This document shows, piece after piece, positions 12,030 through 25,940 of a stretch of DNA of 64,000 bases. Positions within the stretch are counted from its first letter, which is position 1; each line of letters opens with the position of its first letter. Position numbers and translations under genes: made by a program. The notes under the pieces are model-generated. The model had not been told where the DNA came from and searched no databases. It was given only the letters and a program-made list of their open reading frames with translations. The DNA comes from Camelus dromedarius (taxonomy: Eukaryota), in the NCBI RefSeq assembly GCF_036321535.1, contig NC_087437.1, forward strand, positions 100,194,001 to 100,258,000, in the 5' to 3' direction.

Positions 12030-12225
12030 TCATTCTAACCCAAGCACTGCCACTTGCCAGCTGTCTGTTCTTGGGTGAGGAATTCTGAGTTTCATTTTCT
12101 TCCACTGGAAAATAAGGAGACTAATATTTATTTTGCAGGGCTGTTCTGAAGACCAGAAATGGTGTATGGAAAACATCCAGCCATAGGATCTAGCCTAGCA
12201 CAGGTAGATTCTCGATCATTTGTTC
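12030..12225 (+). mobile_element. MIR SINE
   Basis: CTGCCACTTGCCAGCTGT...CTGAGTTTCATTTTCTTCCACTGGAAAATAAGGA...CAGGGCTGTTCTGAAGA. Confidence 0.55.
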
Positions 12226-13371
12226 TCAATGCTTTCACTACCACCTATTATTTATGTAATAGTCTGTTTAAGCTGTTTAAACATGAAAGAAGTCATGTTT
12301 CTTATAAAGGTTGGCTCTTCTTGATATCATAAATTTATATATCAGTCCACCTAATAAATATTTATTTACTTAAGAGACAGACAAGATTTCTGTTTCCTAA
12401 GTTGCTGTTCAAGCTCCCGTAGGTATAACCCACAAAAGGCTGTGGCTGAAATTCAAACCAGTGTTCCCTGCCATGAGTAGGACTTCTCAGAGCCACTGTG
12501 AAAGGGACACACGAAAACTTCCCCGGCATAAGGAGCGGACCGTCAGCTACGGTCAAGGCAGAAAACACAACCAGGAGTAAAGTGTCTAGGGAACATTTTA
12601 TTCTCTTTGGCCTCAACCTCTAGAGTGTCTTATTGTCACATATTGGTTTATCAGTCAAAGAAGAACTGGCTTTACTGAAGTAGCATTCAGCAAGACCTGT
12701 GAGCCATCTAGCCTCACACTCCTGGACACTAGAATCTTGATTCAATAATCAGTTGGATCCACACGGTTACAACACAGCTCAGCTTTTTTTTGTTGTTTGT
12801 TTCCTTCAGCAACAGAGACATTAATGGTATAAGGGATGGGGAATCTTACATGTCTGAAGCAAGGACTTGGGGTGACTCCTCAAAATATGGGGCAGACAGC
12901 AGGGCAGGACATGGCGGCATTCTTCCCAACATATCTTTTAAACCATGTCAAAATGTATTATTTTTTCCCGGGGGGGGGGGGAATATGCATTATTTTCAGT
13001 TGAGAAAAAAAAGTAGAGGATATTTGAGAATACAGAACTCAAAATATGGAAAACAACATATTTTGGGAGTGTTTGGAGTCCTAAGTACTGCTTTCTCTGG
13101 CTCTGTAATGCCAGTCCCTCGCCACCACCCTCCCTGCCAGTTCAACCCTCCTTGGCATCTGCTGCTTAAAGATTCTTCCACTAGAATTCAAGTTCTTCTA
13201 GAGATCCCTCCAAGGCTCTGGGATCCTCAAATCCCTCCCCTTGAACTTAGCCAATTTTTTCTCAGTCAGACATACGTTTTTAAGTAAGATTTGTGAATTA
13301 ATTGATAATATTGAACCTCCCTTTCAGGGAAGTGAGGCCTCTTCACCAACTGCTCTATATGTCAGGTTAGC

Positions 13372-13860
13372 TGTCTTAGCCTGGGTCCCACCCCCACAAA
13401 AAAAAGTAGAGCCTGTGACAAGTTGAAAGCAGTTTGGGGGCACAAGAGTAAAGGCTTGGCAGAGGGCAACTGGGAAAAGAAAGATAAACCACAGTGTATT
13501 AGGAACTGGTCAACACTGTGGGCAAGTGGACCTTGATCCTACTGAGAAGCTGTGTAGAGTGAGTCAGAGTTGTTCACCTGAGGGACCAATGAGTAGATGA
13601 TTTGTCCAGTCTCCCATCCTCCACTGGCCAAAGGTTGCCCCACTGAGATGTTAACATACTTTCCCTTCTGGGTTTGTCCACACAGCAGAATGGCTGGACA
13701 GGTTCCCAAAGGCATCTCCCCAGGGCTGTGGCAGAGAAGCCAGGACAGAAAGCAATAGCCTCAGCACAGCCAAGACAAGGAACAGTCTGCTTTCACCTGC
13801 TCCTGCTGGCAGCCCTGGCAAAGGCTGCAGTAAAAAGATTTATTCTGAGATAATGTAAAA
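13372..13860 (-). mobile_element. ERVL LTR (LTR16/LTR33 group) relic
   Basis: TGTCTTAGCCTGGGTCCC...AGTAGAGCCTGTGACAAG resembles the antisense terminus of LTR16/LTR33. Confidence 0.5.
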
Positions 13861-14949
13861 CAGAGAACTGAGGCGACCTTGTTGCTCTTGTGACTGCAGT
13901 GGCATGGCTCACATTAATAAGATACCCTCCAATATTTTACCAATTCTCACAAACTAAACAAAACCTCATCACTTCCATTCCAAAGCTTGAATCCTGTTGT
14001 GGTGGGACATACAGTTCTTTCAACCATTAATACACATTCCTAAAACTTCCCAAGGAGCCACCTCGCAATACAGACAGGTGCAGTACAACAAGAACAAAAC
14101 GTGGTATCTTCCCCTAAGGAATTTATAAATTACTCACTGGACACAGGATAAGACAGATAATTTTAAAGGCTGAAAGAAGCTAATAGAGGAAATAGGAGCA
14201 ATACTGAACACATGCTGAATTTGTGGCAAATAATCAGCAGATAGTAATCAGTGTTATAGAATCCTACCCAGACATATAGAAAGACAGTAGACTTATTTGA
14301 CATGGCAGGAAATAAATATGGATACAGACACATAGAAATGAAGGACAAATAGAATTAATTTATTCTCAATAGCTCTGCTCCATAGAAGAAAAGAGCTACT
14401 TCCAGAAGCCAAAAATAAAAACTGCCCTTGAAATCTAGGGCTAAGGTTTTAATACCCATGAGATAATAGAGGGTGTGGCTTCAGGGGAGTTGGAGGAGGA
14501 GAAACTGGAATTGAGCCCTCAAATAATACTCAGAACCACAAAGAGCTTCCTAGTTTATGTAAAAGTAGATCTAGAAAAATTATCCAAAGAGTGAAGCAAC
14601 AACAAAAAAAAATCTTTCCATCTAGATACAAATTTAAACACTTGTACAGTGCAAAATTTACAGCCAAGAAATTAAAATTATAACTTGTCCAGAGCATTGA
14701 AATAGCTTGGGCTTATCCAGAAGAACCCTATCAGATCAAAACTGTTCTTTCACATTCATGACCTAGGAACCACAGAGGCCCTCAACAAAATTCTTCCCCA
14801 CAAATAGGTCCCCATAAAAAATTACAATATATATGAAAAAAATGAACGACCATGATGAGAATTAGCAGATGCAGCAAACAGAAAAATCAGTCACTTTGAA
14901 AACTGTAAGTGCTAAAGCAATTTGAAACAGATTCTAAAATAAGGATCTT

Positions 14950-15019
14950 TGCATCTCTCAGCTTTTACTGCATAACAGAACTTCTCAACACTTAATGGCT
15001 TAAAACACCAACCACTTTA
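14950..15019 (-). mobile_element. MaLR MLT1 LTR, left piece (split by L1)
   Basis: TCAGCTTTTACTGCATAACA...CTTAATGGCTTAAAACACCAACCACTTTA. Confidence 0.65.
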
Positions 15020-18000
15020 ATTTTTTTTGACAGAAATTATCTTTTTTATTCAATTTATTTAAAGTAAAGAAAAAAAAAAAGTTTACAATTTCTCCCACCC
15101 TCCACCTCCTCCCACTTCTGTCAACCACCAATCTGTTCTCTGTATCTATGAGCTTAGTTTACATATGCACATATATATGTGTGTCTGTATGTATATATGT
15201 ATTTATTTGATTTCACATAGAAGAGAGATTATATAATATTTGATACTCTCTGTCTCACTTATTTCACTTAACACCCTCAAGGTCCATCCATGTTGTCACA
15301 AATGGTAAGATTTTATTGTTTTTATGACTAAATGATATTTCATTTTGTGTGTGTATGTGTACATACTACATCTTAGTTATCCACTCATCCATTAATGGAC
15401 AAGTAGGTTGTTTATATATCTTGGCTACTGTAGATAATTTTGAAATGAACATGAGTGTTCATATTTTTTTTTTGAACTGGCAATTTCATTTTCTTCAGAT
15501 AAACAGCCAAAAGTGGAATTGCTGGATTATTTGGTAGTTTTATTGTTAATTTTTTGAAGAATCTCCATACTGATTTCCATAGTGGTTGCACCAAATTACA
15601 TTCCCAAAAGCAGTGCATGAGGGTTCCCTTTTCTCCACATCCTTGCAAAACACTAGTTTTTTCTAGTCTTTTTGACAATAGCCATTCTAACAGGTGTAAG
15701 GTCATATCTCATTGTGATTTTGATTTGCATTTCTCTGGTGATTAATGATATAAAACATCTTTTCATGTGCCTGTTGGCCAACTGTAGAACTTCTTTGGAA
15801 AAAATGTCTATTCAGATATTCACATATCCTGCCCATTTTTTAATCAGATTGTTTGGGGTTTTTTTTTTTTTTATTGTTTGGGTGTTTTTTATTTGTTTTG
15901 GGGTTTGGTTTTTTTTTTTTTTTTTTTTTTTTACTGTTGAGATGTATGAGTTCTTCACATATTTAGTGTATTAGCCTCTTACCAGAAAAAATGATTTGCA
16001 AATATTCTGTCCCATTCAGTAGACTACCTTCTCGATTTGTCGATGGTTTGCTTTGCTGTGCAGGGGTTTTTAGCTGAGGTAGTCCCTCTTGGTTTTTTGT
16101 TTGCTCTGTTTGTTTGCTTGCTTGCTTTTGTGCTCCTTCTTCTGATGTCAGATCCAAAAAACATCATCACCAAGACCTATGTCAAGGAGCTTACCAACTG
16201 TTTTTCCCAGGAGTTTTATAGTTCCAGGTCTTACATTCAAGTCTTCAACATATTTGAGTTCGTTTTTGTGTACGGTGTAAGACAGTACTCTAGTCTTATT
16301 CTTTTGCATATAGCTGTCCAGTTTTCCTAATATCATTTATTGAAGAGATTGTCTTTTCCCCATTGTATAGTTGTGGCCCCTCTGTCATATTAATTGACCA
16401 TGTATGTGTGGGCTTATTTCTAGGCTCTCTATTCTGTTTCACTGATTATGTGTGTGTGTTTATGCCAACACTATACTGTTTTAATTAATGTAGCTTTGTA
16501 ATATAGTTTGAAATATAGCTTTATAATATAGTTTGATGCCTCCAGCTTTGTTCTTCTTTCTCAGGATTGTTCTGGCTCTTTGGGATATTTTATGGTTCCA
16601 AACAAATTTTAGGATTGTTTATTCTATTTCTGTAGAAAATGCCATTGGAATTTTGACAGGTACTACATTGAACCTGCAGATTACTTGTAGTAGTATGGAC
16701 ATTTTAACACTATTAATTTCCCAATCCATGAGCACAGAATACCTCACCATTTATTTGTGTCTTCCTCAATTTCTTTCATTAATGTCTTATAGTTTTCAAT
16801 ATACACAGGTCTTTCACCTCCTTAGTTAAATTTATTCCTAGTTATTATATTCTTTTTGATGCAATTGTACATGGGATTGTTTTCTTTCTCTTTCTGATAT
16901 TTCATTATTAATGTATAGAAATGCAGCAGATTTCTGTATACTGAGTTTGTACGCTGCACTTCTACCAAATTCATTTATATTAGTTCTAACAATTTTTTCT
17001 TGGAATTGTTAGGGTTTTCTAAATATAATATTATGTTATCTGCAAATACTGACAGTTTTACTTCTTTTCCAATTTGGGTGGCTTTTACTTCCTTTTTTTT
17101 TCCAGATTGCTCTGGTAGGACTTCCAATACTATGTTGAATAAAAGTGGTGAGAGTGGGTATCCTTGTCCTGTTCCTGAACGTAGAGGAAAAGCTTTCAGC
17201 TTTCACCACTGAGTCTGATGTCAGCAGTGGGCTCATCATACATGGCCTTTACCATGTCGAGGTACATTCCCTCTACACGTGCTTTGTTGAGCATTTTTAT
17301 TATAAACGGATGTTAAATTTTGTTAAATGCTTTTTCTACATCTTTTAAGATGATTATGTGCTTTTTATCCTCCATTTTGTCAATGCAGTGTATCACACTG
17401 AGTGATCTGCAATTGTTGAACCATCCCTGTATCCCTGGAATAAATCCCACTTGATCATGGTGTATGACCCTTTTAAAATATTGTTGAATTCAGTTTGCTA
17501 ATATTTTGTTGAGAATTTTTGCATCTTGTTCATCAAGGATATTGGCCAATAATTTTATTTCCTTGTGGCATTCTTGTTTGGTTTTGGTATCAGGGTAATG
17601 CTGGTTCATCAGTTTGGAAGAGCTCCCTCCTCTTCTAATCTATGGAACAGTTTGAGAAGAATTGGTATTAATTCTTCGTTGAATGTTTGGTAGAATTCAC
17701 TAGTGAAGCCATGTGGTCCTGGACTTTTGTTTGTTGTGAGCTTTTTGATTACTGATTTAATCTCCTTACTAGTAATCAGTTTGTTCAGATTTTCTATTTC
17801 ATCATGATTCAGCTTTGGTAGGTTGTATGTTTCTAAGAATTTATATATTTCTTCTAGGTTGTCCAATTTGTTGGTGTATAATTGTTCATAGTAGACTCTC
17901 ATGATCCTTTTGTAGTTCTGTGATATCATTTATAACATCTTTCATTTCCGACTTTATTTAATTGAGTCCTCTCTTCTTATTGGTGAGTCTAGCTAAAGGT

Positions 18001-20580
18001 TTGTCAGTTTTATTTCTTTTCAAAGAACCAGCTCTTAGTTTCATTCATCTTTTCTATTGTCTCTTTAGTCTCTATTTTATTTATTGCTTCTCTAGCCTTT
18101 GTTATTTTCTTCCTTCTGCTAGGCTGGGACTTCATTTGTTCTTCGTTTTCTAGTTCCTTGAAGTATAAAGCCAGGTTCATTTGAGACTTCTCTTGTTTCT
18201 TGATGTAGGCATTTATCTCTATGAATTTCCCTCTTAGAACTGCTTTTGCTGCATCCCACAAATTTTGGTATGTTACATTTCTGGTTTCATTTGTTTCTAG
18301 GTATTTTTTATTTCTTTTTATTTCTCCCTTGACCTACTGGTTGTTCAGTAACATGTTGTTCAATCTCCACCTATTTGTGAATTTTTCAGTTTTCTTTGAG
18401 TAATTAGTTTCTAATTTTATACTCTCATGTTTGGAAAAGATACTTGATATGATTTCAGTTCTCTTAAATTTGTCAAGATTTGTTTTGTGGCCCAATATAT
18501 AATCAATCTTGGAAAATGTTCCATGTGCACTTGAGAATAATGTATAATATGTTGCTTTTGAGTAAAATGTTCTGTAAATATCTGTTAAGTCCATCTGGCA
18601 TAATGTGTTGTTTAATGCCAATGTTTTCTTACTGATTTTCTGTCTGAATGATCTATTCATTGATTTAAATGAGGTATTAAGTCTCCTACTATTTATTTAA
18701 TTGCTTTCTATTTCTCCCTCTAGGTCTGTGCTAGGTTTTTGCTTTGCAGTCACCATGAGGCTTACATGTAACAAATTATACATATAACAATGTATACCTA
18801 TAGCAGTCTATTTTACGTGGTAACAAGTTTGATCCCACTGTAAAGCTCAACATCATTACTCTCCCAACTCCATGTTTTGTTTCTGATGTCATATTTTACA
18901 TCTTTTATCTTGTGTATCCCTTAGCTAACTTCTGTTATCATAGTTATTTTTACTACTTTTGTCCTTTAACCTCCATAGTAGCATTATAAGTGATTGATCC
19001 ACTTCCTTTAGTATATATTACCTTTCCAGTGAGGTTAATTATTTTACATGTGTCCCTATTACTAATTATCACCCTTTCTTTTCAGCTTAAAGAAGCTTTA
19101 ACATTTCTTGTAAGACCAAGGTGAACTCCTTTAGTTTTTGCTTTTTTGGAAAATTCTTTATCTCTCCTTCACTTCTGAATAATTTTGCTGGGTAGAGTGG
19201 TTTTGGTTGGAAGATTTTTTTCTTTTAGCACTTTGACTATATCGTGCCACTCCCTTCAGGCCTGCAAAGTTTGTCCTGAAAAATCTGCTGAGAGTCTTAT
19301 GAGGGTTCCCTTGTATGTAAATAGTTGTTTTTTCTCTTGTTGCTTCTAAAATTCTTTGTCTTTAACTTTTGACATTTTAATTATAAAGTATCTTACTGTG
19401 GGTCTCTTTAAGTTCCTCTTATTTGGAACTCTCTGGGCTTCCTGAATCTGGATGTTTGAAAAGTTTTCATTCATTATTTCTTCAAATAAAATTTCTGCCC
19501 CTTTCTCTCTCTCTCATGCTCTTCTTGGAACCCTACAATGCAAACGCTAGTCCATTTGATGTTGTCCCTTAAGTCTCTTAAGCTACCTTCACTTTTTTCT
19601 TTTTCTTTTTTTTTTTCTTTTTGCTACTTTGACTGGATGAGTTCCACTGCCTTGTCTTTGAGCTGACTGAGATTTTCTTCTGCTTAATCTAGTCTGTTGT
19701 TGAACCCCTCTGGAGTATTTTTCCAGTTCAGTTTTGTATTCTTCAGCTCTGTGACTTTTATTTGGTATTTTCTTATATTTTTCCATCTCTTGAAGTTCTC
19801 ACTGTGTTCATTTTCTCTTCTCCCTAGCTTAGCTGAGCATCTTTATGACCATCACTACGAACTCTTAATCAGGTAATTTACTTATCTCCATTTTATTAAC
19901 TTTTTTTCCTCAGGATTTATCCTGATATTTTGTTTGGAACATATTCCCTTGTTTCTTCATTTTATTGACTCTGTGTTGGTTTCTAATCAGTAGATGAGAA
20001 AATTACCTCTCTCAGTCTTGAAGGTGTGGCCTTGTGTAGGAGATGAACTTTGTCATTTAAACTCATCTTACTCTTTGTTGTTTCTCAAACCTTTTTTTAT
20101 TATATTTTAATAGCTCCCAATAATTGAAGATGTGCCAAGACCTGTCATGTCACAAAGGGGAGGAACCCAGACCGAGATTTAAGCTGACTAAAATCAAGAC
20201 CCTCAGGCATCAGCTTTTAAAAGTATGCAAATATTTACTGTCCTGTTGGACCACAAGCATAAGCACTACTAGCCACCAGAGCCAAGAAATCTGGAGGTGT
20301 CTCCTGTGTAGCAGTTACAAAAACCAGGTCTCCAGATGAGTGTATAAGCTCTTTTCTGGGTGATACTGGCAAGCTGGAGCAAGGCAGAGGGGAGCCTACA
20401 TTCCTTGAGAGCAGCTTGATAAGCCATTAATGTGTGCCAAACCTGAAGCCTGCCCCTCAGGCTAAAGCTCCATCACAAGAAAAAAGGCCTTCTTAACAGA
20501 AAGGTTATATGTCTCTGACCACTATCTATGCTGAGTCCTGAAGGTGGCAGCCTGTCAAGAATCGTCTCTCCAATGCCACA
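15020..20580 (-). mobile_element. Near full-length degenerate LINE-1 (3' UTR, ORF2, inter-ORF, ORF1, 5' region)
   Basis: ORF2 peptides: 18334..18660 (DIYRTFY..YTLFSSAHGTFSKIDYILGHK, endonuclease), 18010..18261 ([13 protein letters not shown]), 17609..17929 (YYEQLYTNKLDNLEE...KSPGPHGFTSEFYQTF), 15412..15705 (LVQPLWKSVWRF); many stops and frameshifts; ORF1-like A-rich sequence at ~19050-19950. Confidence 0.95.
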
Positions 20581-20962
20581 GCCTCAGTTTTATGGTCAAC
20601 AATTAGAGTGGTTCTTCTAGGCTTGGCTGCGCTGGGCTGGGCTGATCTCAAGTGTCCATGGTCATCTTATGGATTGGTTGAGTCTGGCCACTTTGGTGGT
20701 GTTGTCTGGGATGGACAGGATTCCTGGATCCCCTTTCCATATAGTCTCCAATCTACAACATGCTCGTGAGTATTCCCATGGTAATTTAAGGGTTCCAGGA
20801 AGGTGGGTAGAATTGTCGAAAACCTCATTCACCATGGCCCTCTGCCACAGTCTGTTATCCAGAGCAAGTCACAAAGCTGGCCCAGATTCAAGGGTTGAAG
20901 AAATAGGCTCCACTTCTTGATGGAAGAGGAAGAATCTATGATCATTTTTGCAATGTGCCGTA
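20581..20962 (-). mobile_element. MaLR MLT1 LTR, right piece
   Basis: CCAGAGCAAGTCACAAAGCTGGCCCAGATTCAAGGG...CTCCACTTCTTGATGGAAGAGG...ATTTTTGCAAT continues the element begun at 14950. Confidence 0.75.
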
Positions 20963-21539
20963 GTGTAAAAAAAACAAAAGTTTTAAATAAAGAAGAAACA
21001 TAAGGGTTCAGTATGCAGAAATAACTAGCAAATTTGAAAAAAAGAGTTTTCCTTAAGTGTCAAAGTAGAAGACAAGGGATCCAAACACCTCACCCATCAT
21101 TAGGTTTTTTCCTAATTCTAAGCCTCAGTTTCCAGGATTACCTTCTATTACTGTTCCTCCATGTTTCAACCAAAGCATCGCATCCCCCATGGATACTTTT
21201 GCTTTTGAGATTTCTTCTGCCTAGAATTTATCTCCTTGCCTTTCTACCAAGCTGCTCAATATTTCCTTTCAAAATTCTATTTATTCCAAATATCTCTTCT
21301 TCCATGAAAATTAATAATAATGGTAAAACTATGTGTGATTCCTAAGCATATGCCAGACACTTGTTTTAAGTATCCCATTTATTCCTACAACATCACCCTA
21401 AATATCATTAAAGAGGAAAATCCAGGTCTCTCTGACTCAAAATTAATGCCCTTAATCTTTGCATTAACTACTCTCTAAAGTATTATTTCTCAGTTTCCCC
21501 AAACAAGTATGATTTCTCTCAGTTTTATTTATCTTTAAA

Positions 21540-22255
21540 GCAGATTGACAATAGCAAGTGTTGGTGAAGATGTAGAGCAATGAGAATACTCATGCATTGC
21601 TGGTGAAGGTGAAAATTTGTACAACCATTTGGGAAAACAGTTCACTGTTCTCTCTAAAGTAAAGATACACATACCCTATAAGTAGAAATTCAAGTACTAG
21701 GATATACCAAACAAATCTATACCACATACACCAAGAAACAGATCTAAGAATGTCCACAGCATAATTTTTAATAATCTCAAACTTGAAATGATTTAAATTT
21801 TAATTAATAGAGAAAGAATAAATAAATGTATATGCCATAAGATGGAATACTATATAGCAATAAAATTTAAGAAACTACAAATAGATAGAGCATGGATGAT
21901 CTCAAGGACATAATGAGAGGAAGATGACAGACATGAAATGCACAGTGAATGATTCTATTTAAACCAAGTTTTTTTTTTAAAAAAGACAAAATGAAAGTAC
22001 ACTGGGGATGCATGCTTAGCTGGGAAAACTATAAATAAACATAAGGAGGATGTTAGCATAATCATTAGTAGTTTCTTTCATGGGAGAGAGGAAGTAATAT
22101 TTAAGAAGAAGTATTTGGGGACCTTCTAGGTTCTAGAAATGTCTTATTTCATGGTCTTTCTGGTGATTTTATGAGCATTCACTTAATGATAACTCATTAT
22201 ACTGTACAATTTTATTTTTTGCACATCCCTATTTGCATATTACAACTCACAATAC
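21540..22255 (+). mobile_element. Ancient L1 (L1ME/L1MC-like) 3' region
   Basis: CAAGTGTTGGTGAAGATGTAGAGCAA...CATTGCTGGTG; ATGGAATACTATATAGCAATAAAA; CATGGATGATCTCAAGGACATAATG. Confidence 0.8.
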
Positions 22256-24399
22256 ACAACACACAGCAGGAGATCTGAGCAGCACATTTCCACGGCTGCT
22301 GCATCTACTGAAGAGATACAAATTGTGAAAATTCCAACACAGCAATGTAAATAAATGAGACATAAAATACTTTGAATTGCAGATTTGTTAACTTATGTTC
22401 ATATAAATAATTGATACATTATTAAAGTTTTATGATTATTCTAATCAGGAAATCCTTGAAAATTTATGAGATAGTATGGAGTACTATTTTTCTACACTGA
22501 AGACTACAGAAACAAGACTTCATATCCACTGAAGTCTACCTGAGAGTAACAACTAATAAACTAGGCAATTTCAATTTCTAAAGCCCAAAGAAGCCTGTTG
22601 AGCCTACTCTTAAAAGCATCTGGCCTTATCTTTCAACACTCATAACCAAGGTGATAGAGAACATTCCAGCAAGTGGGGATATGTAAATCTTTATGGCTCT
22701 CATAGCCTAGAGTCTGAATAATCTAGAGAAATGTGACTTTCAATTAAAGGCATTTCACTTGAGTTTGCCTGACTGTAACAGAAAGTAAATAAGCTACCAA
22801 CTCAATCCCATGTGATTTAATGTTGATGATGGAGTGTGAACAAAATAACTAGTTCTACAATGTTTCCAGGGGTCCCCAACCCCTTTGCTAGAAGCAGGAG
22901 GGTAGGGAGAAGGGCAGGCACTCATGTTTACCATTCAGAAGGTTTCTCTGAAATATTTTATCTTCTCCTTGTGTTTTTCATACCATGATTATGCTATTGA
23001 GAATTCACATTTAAGAGTAGATTAGGACCTGTCAAAACATAAAGGACGTCAGTAGTGGAGGAAATTGAAAAACGTGTGTGTGTGTTGGTGGCATGGTGCC
23101 TCATTATTTCTATTCACTGAAACTTACTAATCCTTGTGTTATCCCCTGGTTTAATAGAGGAAATGTCCTTACCTCCATATCGAACCCCCCAAGGCCTGAT
23201 GAAATAAAAAGAGGAAAATTTGTTGGAAATCAGTTCAGAGGCACTTCACCATATTTTAAAGTAACTATGCTGCTGTTTACTTAGTGATTCTAAATTCCTT
23301 TAGCTCATTGTCAGAGACAATGGAGGTACCATCATTTTAAATGTAGTCATGAGTGTTATAAATAACATGGCAATATTCCCCTTTTCAAGTAAATGAAGTG
23401 AAAAACTGAACCACTGAATTTGTAACCAAGTGAAACAAATCAGGATTCTTGTTCCATTAGGGAGAGAACACGTTCCTTTTCAAGTATTTCATTAAACAGG
23501 ACATCTTCATAACTGTGAGTATGGAAGGAAGGATACACAAGACGGTTGGAAATCCAAAAAGGGCAGCTGTGGATTGGGTGAAGCACCTCACCTCCCACTA
23601 TGGAACACGAAGGCACCTGGTCCCTCCCTGCCTTCATCTTCACTCCTAGCCTGGCAGTCATGACACAAGCAAGTGACTTAAGTTCAGGCAATCTAATGCC
23701 CTTGCCCAAGATTCTGAATTTTGAGTAAGTATTGCAAAGAAAACAGGACAGCAAGGATCTGCTCACAGTTACAGGCATAGTGACCGTCTCTAGAGCAAAG
23801 CCACAGCTTCTCAGCCTGATGTCTGTTGTCTGCCTTCCGATCTGACTTTCTAGAGCTGCCCTGCTTCTTGTCTTTTGTCAAACTTTCCTTCCCTTCAGCC
23901 TCTTCACTGCTTCTTGGAGCTTTCAACATCACTCTGATAAGATTTCCATTTGCTTAAGGTTACTACAAAAACCACTTTACAGTAAAAGGCAACCGAACTG
24001 ATGACGACAGCCAGAAACTCTAATCTCAGCAGGGATCAGGGAGCTCAGCAGCAGCATGAGGTAAGAGTTTAGTCACCGACAGTTAAGGGAGAACAAAGGT
24101 CAGTGGGCAACAAGCTGCCTGGGGCTCTCCTGGGACAGCTGAGGTAACTCCCTTGCCATCACCTGGTAAGGCTGTGGGCCCTAGTGGACCCCCTGCTCTG
24201 GCAAAGCCATTTCTAAGAAAATGGCTGCTCCAGAATCTGCCAGGACTAAACCAGCATGTGCCCGTCTCTAAGAGAACAGAACCAGAGAAAGCAGAGATCG
24301 AGAGCTTGTGAACACAGGGAACATGTGTGGATCTGACTAATGGTTGGTTAAAACTCTAGAGTTGACAAAACTTAAAAAGGTCAAGAATATCCACGGAAT

Positions 24400-25320
24400 G
24401 GTCTCTCTCCACTAAGTGGGCAGCACTTCTTCCTCTGAGACAGAAACAGAACTGGGAAAGATGGGGAGAGGCAGCAAAGTTGGAGATAAGATGATGTGAA
24501 GTAAGTTATATCGGTGGCTTCTATTTTCTATATTCCATGTGAAGTGGGAAGCCAGGACATCTGCTAAGAATGAGGAAGTGAGAAAATGGATAGGTTTGAA
24601 GAGTAGGTAAAAGTTTTGAATGGTCAATATCAGGGAAAGTATGAAAAAAAAAAACTCCACTGAATAGTACATATGTCCAGATGAGTTGAAAATAACCAAC
24701 TTATATGGATTCAGTCTATTAAGTATTTTTTCTCCAGCAGGGCCTCACCCAGAAGTACTAGCTGTAAAAGTAATGTCAGATCACTCAAAAGCTAAGAGAT
24801 ATTGAAAATTCGTAGACAGCCAAAGGGGAGAGAGAAGTCAGATGCTGATAACAGGGTAATAAATAGTGGTGTGGAAACATAGGTTCTGAGCTGGCTCTGG
24901 GCTGGTTCTGGGAGGGAAGTGAAACTAAGAAGGAACAGAACAAATGGGAAACCAGGAAGGAAGCCAGAGCTGGGAGGGTGCAAAGAGGTGGAAAACAGGT
25001 TCAGCTGAAAGGAAGGAAGTGGGATGGATGGGAGCAGTGAAAGGGATACAGCTTCATGGTCAGAAAACTGAACAGCAAAGAAGATGATGTGACTTCGGAA
25101 ATGAGTGCTCAGGAGGAATAGAGGTAAAGGTCATCAGAGTCAGGATTCACGGTCCCTGATTTAAGGATGCTGGACACAGCATTCGAGGATATTGAAGTTA
25201 CCCAGGCTGATGGCAGGATTTCAGTAGAGAAGATGTATCAGTCAGGAGTTGATTTCCTAGATAAGTGTAGAACAATGACCTAAGAGTCAAGGGGATGATT
25301 GGGGAAGAAAGCAGCAGAGC
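24400..25320 (-). mobile_element. L2 LINE internal fragments
   Basis: Purine-rich, with GAAGTGGGAAGCCAGGACATCTGCTAAGAATGAGG and TTGAAGTTACCCAGGCTGATGGCAGG, typical of antisense L2 ORF. Confidence 0.5.
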
Positions 25321-25767
25321 TGAGATGTATGGCTCTAAAAACAGAAGTGGCATAACACAATAACGTAGAAAATGAGTAATAAATGAGTAAAAATATTGAA
25401 AGCATTGCAGTTTAAAGAAATGTTTTAATTATCATAACTGGAAGGACAGGGGTGGAATGAGTTTCAGGGGTAGTTGCTTCAAAGGGCTCAGCCATGATAT
25501 CAAGACCTTGGTTCTCTCCTTATTTTCAGCCCAAAGCTTTAACCTAAGTTAACCTTGAAGTCTTAAGGTGGCTTCCAGTACAATCCTCACCATGTGCTCC
25601 CTGCTCACGTTCAGCTGGAGATAGAGAAACTGATTTCTCATCCAGCACTTTGAAAAGGAGAGAACTTCCAGAAGTGCCTCCTGGAAACCTCTTTCTGCAT
25701 CTCACTGACTAGAATGGGCTCACATATCACTTGTCAACTAACCAGTCATCAACAAGAAAACAGCACT

Positions 25768-25940
25768 TTTTTTTTTCAGATGTACAACTTGATGAATTTT
25801 AATAGATGTATACAGCCATGAAACCACCACCATGATCAAGATAGCTAACATTTCCATCACTCCCCCAGAGGTGCAGATTCCGCATCCCCAATATATCCCT
25901 TCCCACGCCCTTTACCCACTGACAACCATAAGTTTGTCTA
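25768..25940 (-). mobile_element. L1MB/MC-like 3' end fragment
   Basis: TGTACAACTTGATGAATTTT...AACCACCACCATGATCAAGATAG..AACATTTCCATCACTCCC. Confidence 0.75.

Noticed and set aside
12790..13287. Longest ORF in the window (165 aa)
   Set aside because: TTG start, crosses homopolymer runs (T7, G11, A8), no homology recognised; consistent with chance.
15412..18660. ORFs with reverse-transcriptase/endonuclease-like peptides as a possible novel RT system
   Set aside because: They are fragmented LINE-1 ORF2 with many stops and frameshifts: an ordinary dead retrotransposon.
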